A stretch of 64,000 nucleotides of DNA from Scyliorhinus canicula (Eukaryota), in the NCBI RefSeq assembly GCF_902713615.1, contig NC_052159.1:64208520-64272519 (forward strand), given 5' to 3'. The notes under the pieces are model-generated. The model saw only the letters and a list, made by a program, of their open reading frames with translations. It made no database searches and was not told where the DNA came from. Of the stretch, positions 11,457 through 23,150 are shown piece by piece. Numbering within the stretch: position 1 is the stretch's first letter; each line of letters begins with the position of its first letter. Made by a program: the position numbers and the translations under genes.

Positions 11457-13267
11457 TGACTTTAAATGCTCCCATAGAAACAGTTCGATCTTTTTTGCTG
11501 AGACTCACTCTTATACAAATTGGTGATGGGGTTCTTTTCAGGCAGATAGTCAAAATGTCTGCAGACATTGGGCTGGATTCTTCCACCCCACCCTGCCGCA
11601 AGAACGCTGCAGTGAGACACCGACAATGGAAAACTCCATTGACCTCGAGCGGGATTCTCCGATCGCTGGGCGAATGTGGCCAGAGAATCCCTCCCATTGC
11701 TAGACACAAAGTTCTTAAATGGCTATACTATAGTCTTGCCATCCTATTAACTGTCAAAATCCTTGGATAATCCTGCTGAACCTTCAAACATTGAACATAA
11801 GTAGTTCTCACAGATCTAACCATATCAGGACCACAGCAAACCTCTAAACTGATTTAATATTCATGAACTAATATGACTTTGCTGAATAAAAATTCAAACG
11901 AGAGGCTGCTTTCCTTTTGTATTTCACTTCACATCGAAGTCCACACAAGCCTAACTTTTAACATGAGCATGTACGATCACTCAGGAGGCCAATTATTCTT
12001 GAGTTGTGGAACAGCTCAGAAAACGTAAATTAATTTCAAAGTCTAGAAAGGCAGCTGTCATCGCGTCAGCCTCAGTCCTGATCAATCAAACCTCTTTCTA
12101 TACTGTTAAGCTGAAAGGTATTTATGCATAATGAATTTGGAAAGGATTCAGTTGAAAGCTCTTTTTGATATTTCTGATATATACAGCGTGGAAATTACTT
12201 AGTGTTCTGAGTATACAAAAAGTCCCATGAACTAGATTTATGATTCCTTTCACAGTGCAGTTTACGTCAACTGCTTCAACTTTCTGTAAGATGTGTTGTG
12301 AGACTTGCGCAAGTCTTTCATCTAAAAGTAATAATTTGGGTCATGATTCAAACGTGACTGAATATTGCCTTGGCAATCAAAAATTAATTGATCTGAATTA
12401 CACTGATAGCAATGTTAGTTGAGATTGTATAAATTTAGTGAAAGAAAATAGACAATTTTGGATTAGTCACTGTTAGGAACAAGGCTTAAGTGGCATTACT
12501 TTACAACTTTGTGGTGAATACTTAATCTATTGCACACTGATAAGAATCAAGACATTCAATTGTTTAACGCCATCCGACCTCCTTATGATGTTATTGTCTG
12601 TCGATTCAGCTTAATGACAAGTTTAGCAACAGAAATCTTTGGCCCTCTTAATTGTCCAGCTTGCAATCAAATAAATATGTTTAGAAATGAGCCTCCCCCG
12701 ACTCCGACAATGGGTCCTGGGTCATCTGGAAGGTGAAAACAAATGTCTCATTGGTACTAATGACCAAAATTGATTTTTTTTTAATGATGTAGTAGATTTA
12801 ATCTGTTAATATTGCCCAAGAAATAATTCTCCAGCTCTGTTGAATCATGCAGGTCGAATGTGAACTAGCTGTCCAAAAAAATCCATCAGAAGGTAAAACG
12901 GTACATGAGAACAGCAAGAACCTTAATACATGTGATTGAAAGAAATTGAATTTTTAATAAATCAAAATTCCAAACAAGAATAGGGAACATGAGAATAGGA
13001 TGATTGCAGAACAATAATCACTTCCAAAGTTTCATGTTTTTATTTTATTATTCATGAAGCTATGGTTCTCGTATGAGTCGGAGGTGTAGGCTCAAACACC
13101 ACTGCAGAGAGTTGAGTGCACAATGGCCGACACTCCAGTGCAGTACAGAGTGAGCACATATAGATCTCCGACAAAGTCATATTGGACTCGGAATGTGGAC
13201 TGTTTCTCTCTCCATAGATGCTGCCAGACTGGCTGAGTTTTTTGGCACTTTCAGTTGTTATTCCAGT

Positions 13268-15300
13268 TTTTTAAAATTCATTTTTCCGGGATGTGTGCTT
13301 CACTGGCTAGGCCAGCATTTATTGCCCATCTCTAATTGCCCTTGCGAAGGTGGTGGTGGGCTGCCTTTGTGAAGCGCTAAGTCCATGTGTACGCCTGTTG
13401 TGCTGTTAGGGAGGGAATTCCAGGATTTTGACTCAGTGACAGTGAAGAAACGGCAATAGAAATCCAAGTCAGGATGGTGAGTGACTTAGAGGGAAACTTC
13501 CAAGTAGTGGTGTATTTGCTGCCCTTGTCCTTCAAAATAATAGTGGTCATCGGTTTGGAAGGTGCTCCCTAAGGAGCCTTGGTGAGTTCCTTCAGCACAT
13601 CCGGCAGATGGTACACATGGGTGCTGCTGTGCCTCAGTGGTGGAGGGAGTGAATGTTTGTGGAAGGGGTGCCAATTAAGCGGGTTGCTTTGTCCTGGATA
13701 GTGTCTCGCTCTTGAGTGTTGTTGGAGCCTGCACACATTCAGGCAAGTAGGGAGTTTTCCATCACACTCCTCACTTGTGCCTTTTAGGTGGTGAACAGAC
13801 TTTGGGGAATCAGGGGTAAGTTACTTGCCACAGGATGCCTAGCCTCTGACCTGCTCGTGTAACCACAGTATTTATATGGCTAGTCCAATTTAGTTTCTGG
13901 TCAACCGTAACTCCTGGGATGTTGGTAGTGGGAAATTCAGTGATGGTAATGCCATTGAATGTCAAGTGCCATTGTTTGATTCTCATTTATTGGTGGTGGT
14001 CATTGCCTGGCACTTCTGTGGCATGAATGTTACTTGCCACTTGTCAGTCCCAGCCTGGATATTGCCCAGGTCTTCTTGCATTTACACGTGGACTACTTCA
14101 GTATCTGAGGAGTCACGAATGGTCCTGAACATTGTGCAGTCATCCGTAAACATCCCCACATTTGACATTAGCTTGGAAGGAAGTTCATTGATGAAGCAGC
14201 TGAAGAGGGTTGGGCCTAGGTGACCCTGAGGAACTGCTGCATTGATGTCCAAGACTGAGATGACTGATATCCAACAACCATAACCATCTTAATTTGAGCT
14301 AGATATGACTCCTATCAGTAGAGAGTTTTCCCCTGATTCCCATTGACTCCAGTTTTGCTCAAGCTCCTTGATGCCATACCTGATCAAATGCTGCCTTGAT
14401 GTCATGAGGTCAGGAGCTGAGTGACCATGCTGGAACTGAAGCTGAGCGTCATTGTTGAATAAGTGCTGCTTGACAGCACTCTTTAATGACCCCTTCCACC
14501 ACTTTACTGATGATTGAGAGAAAACTGATAGGGCGGCATTTGGCTGGGTTGGATTTATACTGCTTTTTGTGCACAGGACATATCTGGGCAATTTTCCACA
14601 TTGCTGAGCAGGTGCCTGTGTTGGAGCTTTTTAAAATATTCATTCATGGGACGTGGGTGTCACAGGCTGTGCCAGCATTTATTGCCCATCCCTAATTGCC
14701 CTTTAGGGGGCAGTTACGAGTCAACCACATTGCTGTGAGTCTGGAGTCACATGTAGGCCAGACCAGGTAAGGATGACAGATTGCCTTCCCTAAAGGACAT
14801 TGGCGAACCAGATGGGTTTTCACATGGTAATTTAGTTCCAGATTTTTATTGAATTCAAATTTCACCATCTGCAGTGGTGGGATTTGAACCTGAGTCCCCA
14901 GAGTGTTACTCTGGGTCCCTGGTTTACTAGTCCAGTGACAATACCACAATGCCACCGCCTCCTGTACAGGAACAACTTGGCAAGCAGCACGGCACGTTCT
15001 GGAGCACAAGTCTTCAGTACTATTGCCGGAATATTGTCAAGGCCCATAGCCTTCAGAATATCCAGTGCCTTCAGCTGTTTCTTGATATCATGTGGGGTGA
15101 ATCGGATTGGTTGAAGACTGGCATCTGTGGTGCTGGAGAACAAGATGGATCATCCACTCGGCACCTCTAGCTGAAGACTGTTGCGAATGCTTCAACCTTG
15201 TCTTTTGCACAGATGTGCTGGGCTCCTCTATAATTGAAGATGGATATATTTGTGGTGCCTCCTCCTCCAGAGAGTTGTTTAATTGTCCACCACCATTCAC
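13268..15300 (-). mobile_element. 5'-truncated, decayed LINE (CR1/L2 group, subclade not assigned)
   Basis: RT-region peptides KAMGLDNIPAIVLKTCAPE and WKIAQICPVHKKQYKSNPAKCRPISFLSIISKVVE; 3' tail gggcaataaatgctggcctagccagtg. Confidence 0.85.
14630..14962 (-). mobile_element. tRNA-derived SINE sharing its 3' tail with the LINE it sits in
   Basis: Head ggaggcggtggcattgtgg...GGTTCAAATCCC; tail 14640-14703 matches the LINE tail at 13278-13343. Confidence 0.85.
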
Positions 15301-16032
15301 AATCAGCATCTGCAGTATTTTGCTTTTATTTTATTAGAGCGGGAGTGCTGCACCATTAAAGGTGCTGTCCTTTGAATGAGGTGGATGTAAAATATTTCAT
15401 GGTACGGCTCTAAAACAACCAAGTCAACATTTATTCATCAACTAACATCACAAAGGGGATTTATCATGTTGCTGCTTATGGAACTTTGCTTTTCGTAATT
15501 TGACAACCACATTCCCTACAGTATAATCGTGAATTCATTGCTGATTTTGGGATGTTCTGAGGTTATGAAAAACACTACATAAATGCAAATTCTTATTTCA
15601 TACTAAACACTGAATTTAAAATATTCCCGTCATCTTTGAAATGTAATATGCATTTCAGGCAGTTGGAAGACACTTAATTAATTTGGCCAGGATTTTACGG
15701 CCCCTCCTGCCCAGTGGGATATTATGGTCCCGCCAAACTAAATGGAGATTTAAATGGCTCGCTGCATCTGTCCGGGTGGGTGGAGGGGAGCAGTATTACA
15801 TGCTGCAACGGGGCTGTAAATGCCGGGTATTACTTCCATGATGACTAGACGTCTGGAACATCTGCTCTAATTCAATCACAGTATAAATAGGGAAACCATA
15901 CAATCCGGATATCAGTATTTTTAGCTGACCTCAATATTTTAATCCACGTTATGCAAAATAAAAATCAGCATTTTTACATTCGGACGTTGTGCCAACCAGT
16001 TTGGTTGAACGTCAGCAGTCAGCATTGTTAGA

Positions 16033-16345
16033 AGGGTGACATGGTGGCACAATGGTTAGCACTGCTGCCTCACAGTGCTAGGGACCCGGGTTCGATTCCG
16101 GCCTCGGGTGACTGTCTGTGTGAAGTTTGCACTTTCTCCCCGTGTGTGCGTGGGTTTCCTTCGGGTGCTCCGGTTTCCGCCCACAGTCCAAAGATGTGCA
16201 GGTTAGGTGGATTGCCCATGCTAAATTGCCCCTTAGGGTGGGGTTGCAGGAATAGGACAGGGGATTGGGCCTAGGTAGGGTGGTCTTTCAATAGTCAGTG
16301 GCCTGAATGGCTGCCTTCTGCCCTGTAGGGATTCTGTGATGGTTC
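16033..16345 (+). mobile_element. V-SINE (HE1-like)
   Basis: tRNA head, V domain, CR1-type tail. Confidence 0.88.
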
Positions 16346-16377
16346 TAAGATGTTACATTCTGGAGCTGTTAGATTCT

Positions 16378-16560
16378 GGGGCTGGTTTAGCACAATTAGC
16401 TGGCTTTTAAAGCAGACTAAGGCAGGCCAGCTGTGCGGGTTCAATTCCCGCACCAGCCTCCCCGAACAGGTGGCAGAATGTGGCGACTAGGGGCTTTTCA
16501 CAGTAACTTCATTTGAAGCCTATTTGTGACAATAAGTGATTTTCATTTAATTTCATTCAT
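16378..16560 (+). mobile_element. Short tRNA-derived SINE
   Basis: Near reverse complement of 9640-9830. Confidence 0.85.
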
Positions 16561-17288
16561 TTCCCCACAGTAAGTTGTCAGGCCCATGAGGCAGAAATAT
16601 TTTCAGTTCAGCTCGTGGTTTCTGAGAGTATCTCTGAGGAAGTCATGTTAACAAGTTGGCTGATAAAGTACAGCTTCAAAAAAAATCTTGGACTGTGACC
16701 ATAGTTTTCTACGTGAAAAGTTATTTTTGCCTGACTGCTTGCAGACAGGTTGAGATGAAAAGGATGAGGGTTTGTTCAAGCATTCATGTCACTGTACTTG
16801 CAGTTTCTAGGATTTGAAATGAAAGAGGGAGTGGGCTTAAGTGTAACACTATGATCTTCATCAGTAAAATTTTCTCACAGGAAAATTCAACTCCAGCAAT
16901 GAGGGTGTTGCAGATGGCAAATTGTAGTCTGATGAGGGGTGGGTGGAAATCTGCCATAAGCCCAAAGTTTAGCCGTGCCATTCCAGAAAACTCTGCTCTT
17001 GCACAACCTACAGTCATTTTTATTTCGAGTATCAAAGAAATAAACTTTTTGACAAGTTTCACATGGAATGCCGACAAGCTGGCATGGATTAAAATATCTT
17101 TTCAGCAACTATAATGATAGTTCCTGTAGTAATCCACGGGAGGCAGGAGTTCCGTCACCACACCAATATTTATTTACAATAACGATATTACAGGAGCAGC
17201 TACAAACAGTGCTGCTAGCAGTCCAGTCAACTGAAGACTGGCTCACAAAGCCTACACAGGTGATTATATGGGCCCCCTCAATGAGCTA

Positions 17289-18150
17289 TCATTGAGGGAG
17301 CTCATACTCCAATTGGCCAACCAATAAAGCCAATTGGAGTTCATTACAGTTCCAATTACCATTAAAAAAGTATTCATTACACCCCTCCCCCCCAAAGTCC
17401 GAGGAATTCCTGCCAGCTGGCATTCCTCTGAGCTTCTTCCTGCTCCTCATGTCTGGGTCTGTCACCTCTGTGTCGTCCGCCGGGTCGTTCTCCGAAGTGG
17501 GCGGGGTGTACCTTATAGGTGCCCGTCTTTTCCTTGACGACTTCCTTGGAAGTTGTTCTTCCTCCTCCTTGGGGAGAGGTGTCGCGGCGGCCTCGTCGAG
17601 CGTGTCCATCTCCGACTCTGACGACTGGATGACGGGGTCTGGAGAAATTGCTCGGGGCTGGGGTGTGGGTATCCTTTCCATCTGGGCTATCCCAGCTTGA
17701 GGCGCTCCTGCTTCACCTGCCTCCAGGTGTGGTTCCGCTGCCCTTATTTGGTCTAGGTGTTTCTTCAGCACCTTACCTCCTATTGAAACCTCATAGGATA
17801 TGGGCCCTGTTTGGGACTCTACCGTGCCTTTGACCCACGTTGGTCCATTCCCATAATTCTTGATCCAAACCGGTGCCCCTACCTGGAAATATCTCTGCTG
17901 CCGACTATTACCATGCCCCCTGCGTTGGGCCTCCTGTTGTTTCTCCACTTTCCCTGTTAAATTTGGGAAAAGGAGACTCAGCCTCGTTCGCAGCCGCCTT
18001 CCCATTAAGAGTTCAGCTGGCAGTATGCCCGTTGTGGAATGCGGTGTGGTCCTGTAATCAAACAGCCAGCGGGAGAGCTTTGTGTCCATTGACGCTGCCG
18101 GCTGCTTCTTGAGTCCCGCTTTAAGTGTCTGGACCGCTCTCTCTGCCAGG
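17289..18150 (-). pseudogene. Gypsy integrase C-terminal part in a shifted frame
   Basis: NGLAERAVQT...YRTTPHSTTGILPAELLMGRRLRTRL...FQVGAPVWIKNY...GPISYEV. Confidence 0.88.
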
Positions 18151-19371
18151 CCGTTGAGTCGCTGGATGGTAGGGGGCCGTTTTGATGTGACGGACTCCGT
18201 TTTCCTTTAGGAATTTTCCAAATTCCCCACTTGTGAATGCCGTTCCGTTATCCGACACCAATACCTCCGGAAGTCCATGTGTTGCAAATGAGGCCCTGAG
18301 CTTTTCAATTGTCGATGCTGTGCTCGCCGTGTTTACCCGGTGGACGTCCAACCATTTGGAGTGGGCGTCCACTATCACCAAAAACATTGAGGCCATGAAA
18401 GGGCCGGCGTGGTCAATATGCAGTCGGGTCCATGGTCTGCCTGGCCATTCCCACGGGTGCAATGGCGCCACTTGTGGCACTCTTTGCCCCTGTTGGCACT
18501 CCTGGCACCGATGTACCAAGGCTGCTATGTCTGTGTCCAAACCTGGCCACCAAACGTAGCTTTGAGCTAGCATCTTCATTTTAGACACCCCTGGGTGTCC
18601 GTGATGCAACTCGGTTAAGATTGCCTGACGGCCCTGAGCTGGGACGATCACACGGGCTCCCCATAATAGGATACCGTCTTCTACGGTTATTTGGTCCCTT
18701 CTGCTCCAGTATGTCCTGGCAGACTTGGGGGCAGTTCTGGGGGTTTCCTTCTTCCCTCTATTCCTTAGGTTTTTCCTGAGGGCGGCTATCTGGTAGCAAG
18801 ACCAGTTGTGGTAGTCCCTCTCACAGGTATCTACCTCCATTGGCATGCCCTGTAGTTCCTGCGCCCCACTTGCTGCCTTTTCTAGGGACAGTGCGAGCTG
18901 TAACGCCTGCCTGCAGTCTAGCTCTGTTTCCGCCAACAGGCGTTTCTGTATTGTGAGGTCGTTTATACCACACACCAACCGGTCCCGAAGCATTTCATTT
19001 AGCGTCGGGCCGAACTCACATTTTTCCGCCAGCCTTCTCAGGCGGGTCAAGAAATTCGTGACTGACTCCCTGTCTTCCCGCTTTGCTGTGTAGAATCTGT
19101 ACCTACGCAAAAAGAGCGGTGGTTTTGGGTCGTAGTGCTCTTTCACCAATTCCGTTACTTCTTGGAAAGTTTTCGTGTCTGGCGCATCGGGATAAGTCAG
19201 ACTACGTATAATGGCAAAAGCTGAGGGTCCGCACACCGACAGCAGGATAAGCCGTCTCCTTTCCTCCGTCAGTATGTAATTTGCCCGGAAGAAGTAACAC
19301 ATTCTCTCCACATACTGGGACCAGTCCTCAATAGCCGGGTCGAATTCCTCTAACCTTCCGAAAAACGGCAT
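18121..19371 (-). CDS. Gypsy gag fused in frame to integrase (416 aa)
   Basis: Gag motifs DWSQYVER and MLRDRLVCGIND; integrase HHCC (HHGHPG...RCQEC), RLHIDHAGPF and LVSDNGTAFTS; frameshift at HPAT just before the catalytic Glu. Confidence 0.9.
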   Translation of the reverse strand: MPFFGRLEEFDPAIEDWSQYVERMCYFFRANYILTEERRRLILLSVCGPSAFAIIRSLTYPDAPDTKTFQEVTELVKEHYDPKPPLFLRRYRFYTAKREDRESVTNFLTRLRRLAEKCEFGPTLNEMLRDRLVCGINDLTIQKRLLAETELDCRQALQLALSLEKAASGAQELQGMPMEVDTCERDYHNWSCYQIAALRKNLRNRGKKETPRTAPKSARTYWSRRDQITVEDGILLWGARVIVPAQGRQAILTELHHGHPGVSKMKMLAQSYVWWPGLDTDIAALVHRCQECQQGQRVPQVAPLHPWEWPGRPWTRLHIDHAGPFMASMFLVIVDAHSKWLDVHRVNTASTASTIEKLRASFATHGLPEVLVSDNGTAFTSGEFGKFLKENGVRHIKTAPYHPATQRPGRESGPDT

Positions 19372-21916
19372 TTTAAAAAAAATGTCAAGGCTTACCCTCC
19401 GAGTGCGGCAGCTGGTCTCCGCAAAATTCTTAGTTTACCTCGTCGCCACTGTAGTAATCCACGGGAGGCAGGAGTTCCGTCACCACACCAATATTTATTT
19501 ACAATAACGATATTACAGGAGCAGCTACAAACAGTGCTGCTAGCCGTCCAGTCAACTAAAGACTGGCTCACAAAGCCTACACAGGTGATTATATGGGCCC
19601 CCTCAATGAGCTATCATTGAGGGAGCTCATACTCCAATTGGCCAACCAATAAAGCCAATTGGAGTTCATTACAGTTCCAATTACCATTAAAAAAGTATTC
19701 ACTTTGTATTATGTCAGACTATTAACCAGCCAAGAATCCTGTCACTACTTCAAGGGAGAAGTATGGACATATGAAGGCAACAAGAATTTTGTAAGAACGC
19801 ATTTTGTTAATTCCACAGCAATGTATCACAGCACTTTGAGTTTCACAGTCCATGGTGTGTTAGCATTTTAAATTTTGGAATGCCACAGCCAGCAAGCTAG
19901 CTTAGCTTCATAACTTCAACCTTAATTAGGCAATAGCTTTGGCTATCTAATAGTAGGGACATAAATAACTTTCTGCACAAATATTGCATAATTGCTATAA
20001 AGCTAAATAATTATTTGTGAGCATTTTATTTTGAGCCCGGCAAAAGGTTTCCTGTGTGCAAATATTTATTTAAGAATCATAAATCTGTAATTTATGAACT
20101 TTCTCACATTTTTTTCAAATGCACTACCCAGTGATGAAACGTTCCTCAAGTGCAATTTCTGCTGTTTCAGTAGGTCAGTAAAAAAAAGTGAAGTGGCCAT
20201 CGTCCCAGATGACCATAGGCTGCTTTCTTCTTTGAGGGGGAGAGCTGACAGGTGGCGATTTGACCTGAGTCACCACACCTGTGGCAAGCGGCTAAGTAGA
20301 GAAGGTGGGGTCTTCATGAATAACCTTAGTTCGCATGGGTCTTGCTCTGCATCACAAACAAACCCCTGTGGCTCAGTTGCTCAATATCTCTAAACTTAAT
20401 GAGTAACCCTCACTTGCATTGAATTAAAATAGTGAGACCATGCAATGTTTTCTTGTTTTGAAACAGTAAGAGGGGGAAAATGACAATTGAAGCCGTTTTC
20501 CTTCAATTGAAAAATAACTTTCTAACATAGGGTACAAATGTTAAAATCTATTTCAAACCATAAAAAAAGTACCGCCTCAAATTGCACACATGCACTTTAC
20601 TGGAGGTGTCAGTACATATTCATAAGCAGCACAAATACTTGTGAAATACTCGATTTGTATGAACTGAAGATGACCTCACTTACTCAAGGCCGTCTGATTG
20701 CCATAGTCACCTAGCATATTTTTCTAACGGTAGCTGTTTTGTCTGGTATAGTGTTCACCAATGTGAATTTCTGTGGTTGTTAGCAACCCACAAAGAAGTC
20801 TGAGAAATAACACTTTCGGATAGTCCCCAAGCTATCATAACACTTGAAGCATCAATAAGATTTGGTAAACATGTTTGTTGACTTATATTGGCCATAACTC
20901 AACTTCTGTCCACAAAGCCATTCACTCACATGTGCTTGAAGTTCTTAAAATTCTTCTGTAACTGTGTATAATGCGGAATGTTTTCCAAATTGTACAGCTG
21001 AATAAATTAGTGCAGTATTTATTAGCACTTTCATGTTCTTGTTTGAACACTTCCCAAATTGCATGAATCATATTGTTATTCAAGTTCTGTTTATTAGGTT
21101 AATGCAACCAGGAATGTTTTCTAATAAACCCTTCACAAATATATATATATTATAGATATATATTACTTCAAATTTTATATTAAGTAACTCAGTATTATTA
21201 AAAAAATATACAATTCAACAAGGAATGCAATCGCATTGTATAGATTTAAAATGAGAGATTCAAAAGTGTCATAGTGGACAATGAACATCCCTGTGTTACT
21301 GTACTTGATTCACCCTTTACATTATGAAAGGATTTGTCGAACTGCAAAACCCTAACCACTGCTGTAGTGACATGGTTTCTAAATGGCGGTGTCTTTAAAG
21401 TGATCTTTTTATAATTGTGACTTAATTTACAATTTTATTAAATTCTTCCCAAAAAGTAATATGCTTTTTTTATCTTCAGCTACAATATCATAATCAGCAA
21501 GAAGGGACATTTAGTAGTTAGGGAACAGAGATGATTTAGAATTATAGACCAACACTACTTACATGGTTAAGATCAACACACATGCCGATCGTAATTTTAA
21601 TATCCATGTGCTCTCTCACAATGAAATGGAGCTCATGTTTTAACTGAGTTTCTCCCTCAGTTTCTTTAGACATGAATTCAGAATAGGTTGCAATGGGTAT
21701 AATTTATTTTCTTCCCCAGGGAACGTTAACTTTCTGACCCTTTGCATGTATTGGTTCATGTACAGTTTACTGACATTGCATCTCAGTCATTGTAAGCTTC
21801 ATGTATCTACTCAATGTGGAGGCAGAATTTCCACATGATATCCCCAATCTCCTAACTTAATTTTGGCACAAGATTAGTGAAACTCCTGGAGATCGGATGT
21901 TAATGGGAGGGTTTGT

Positions 21917-22104
21917 TTTTCAATTAAGAGTCAATTGAGTGTATCCAATCTACCTAACCTTACTTCTTTGGGCTGTGGAGGTGAGACCCACACAGACATT
22001 GGGAGAATGTGCAAACTCCACACGGAAGGTGATCCGGGGCCGGGATTGAACCTGGGACCTTGGTGCCATGAGGCAGCAGTGCTAACTGCGCCACCGTGCT
22101 GCCC
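21917..22104 (-). mobile_element. Short V-SINE
   Basis: tRNA head and V domain on the reverse strand. Confidence 0.8.
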
Positions 22105-22389
22105 TGTAAATGGGAGTTTGCACCATTTCTTTGGGGGTTTTGCCTCATCACCAAACTTGCATCAGGGCATTTGGCGAACACTATTGAAATGAATGGAAAT
22201 GGGCATTATTAGATGTTTCCTTGTATTGCTATTATGTAATACATACATTCTGTTCACAATAGGATAAGCATTCACATCTGGAAATTCCAGGGATCTAAGT
22301 TTGCACCTGATCTTACAGAGTTTTAAAAGATAGTTAAGAATATAGGAAAAACAAATCTGTAATGTTATTTAAATTGTGTGCTAAGGTCA

Positions 22390-22670
22390 GAGGTCTTGTA
22401 GTACAGTAGGTAGCGTTCCCCCCTTTGCACCAGAACTCTGCTTCAAATTCCATCCCACCATTTATGGCCATAGAAGGTGTGTTCATAACAGGTGGACAAA
22501 CAAGTTGATTATCAATCTTCCAATATGCTTGTGGCAGGTGGTAAAAGCGTGGGAGCTTACTGGTCAGTCATCTACAGAAAGCAATGGTAAACCAATGCAG
22601 TATATTTCCAAATAAAACCATGGTCCAACACAGAAGTCCATGGTCAACCGTGCCCTTTCAGGAGATATTA
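22390..22670 (+). mobile_element. Old tRNA-headed SINE with an RTE-type (Bov-A-like) body motif
   Basis: Degenerate A/B boxes; gaaagcaatggtaaaccaatgcagtatatttcc resembles the RTE-derived GGCAATGGCAAACCACTCCAGTAT motif. Confidence 0.5.
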
Positions 22671-22808
22671 CCTAGATAAAGTGATTAGCTCTATGGACAC
22701 GGTGTTAAACTTATAAAAGCAAAATTTAGGACTGTTATAACTAATTTCATTCGTCCCACCAAGCCCATGAAACTTTCAAATAGTGCAGTGAAATATTTGT
22801 TAAATAAA

Positions 22809-23150
22809 GCATGGTGGTTAGCATAAATGCTTCACAGCTCCAGGGTCCCAGGTTCGATTCCCGGCTGGGTCACTGTCTGTGTGGAGTCTGCACGTCCTCC
22901 CCCTATGTGCGTGGGTTTCCTCCGGGTGCTCCGGTTTCCTCCCACATCCAAAGATGTGCGGGTTAGGTGGATTGGCCATGCTAAAATTGCCCGTAGTGTC
23001 CTAATAAAAGTAAGGTTAAGGGGGGGGGGGGTTGTTGGGTTACGGGTATAGGGTGGATACGTGGGTTTGAGTAGGGTGATCATGGCTCGGCACAACATTG
23101 AGGGCCGAAGGGCCTGTTCTGTGCTGTACTGTTCTATGTTCTATGTTCTA
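22809..23150 (+). mobile_element. V-SINE (HE1-like) with (TTCTATG)n tail
   Basis: Near reverse complement of 1813-2132. Confidence 0.92.

Larger units (their letters stand above)
13060..15600 (+). mobile_element. Deu-SINE (SacSINE1/SINE3/AmnSINE-like), split by nested insertions
   Basis: 5' half gacactccagtgcagtac (to about 13160) resumes at about 15338 gggagtgctgcac; ends with tttgggatgttctgaggttatgaaaaacactacataaatgcaaattctt. Confidence 0.75.
17125..19673 (-). mobile_element. Young Gypsy LTR retrotransposon lacking PR/RT/RNase H
   Basis: Two 224-bp TG...CA LTRs (17125-17348 and 19450-19673; only two mismatches seen); 5-bp TSD GTTCC; PBS TGGCGACGAGG at 19448-19438; polypurine tract at about 17382-17393. 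Confidence 0.96.
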
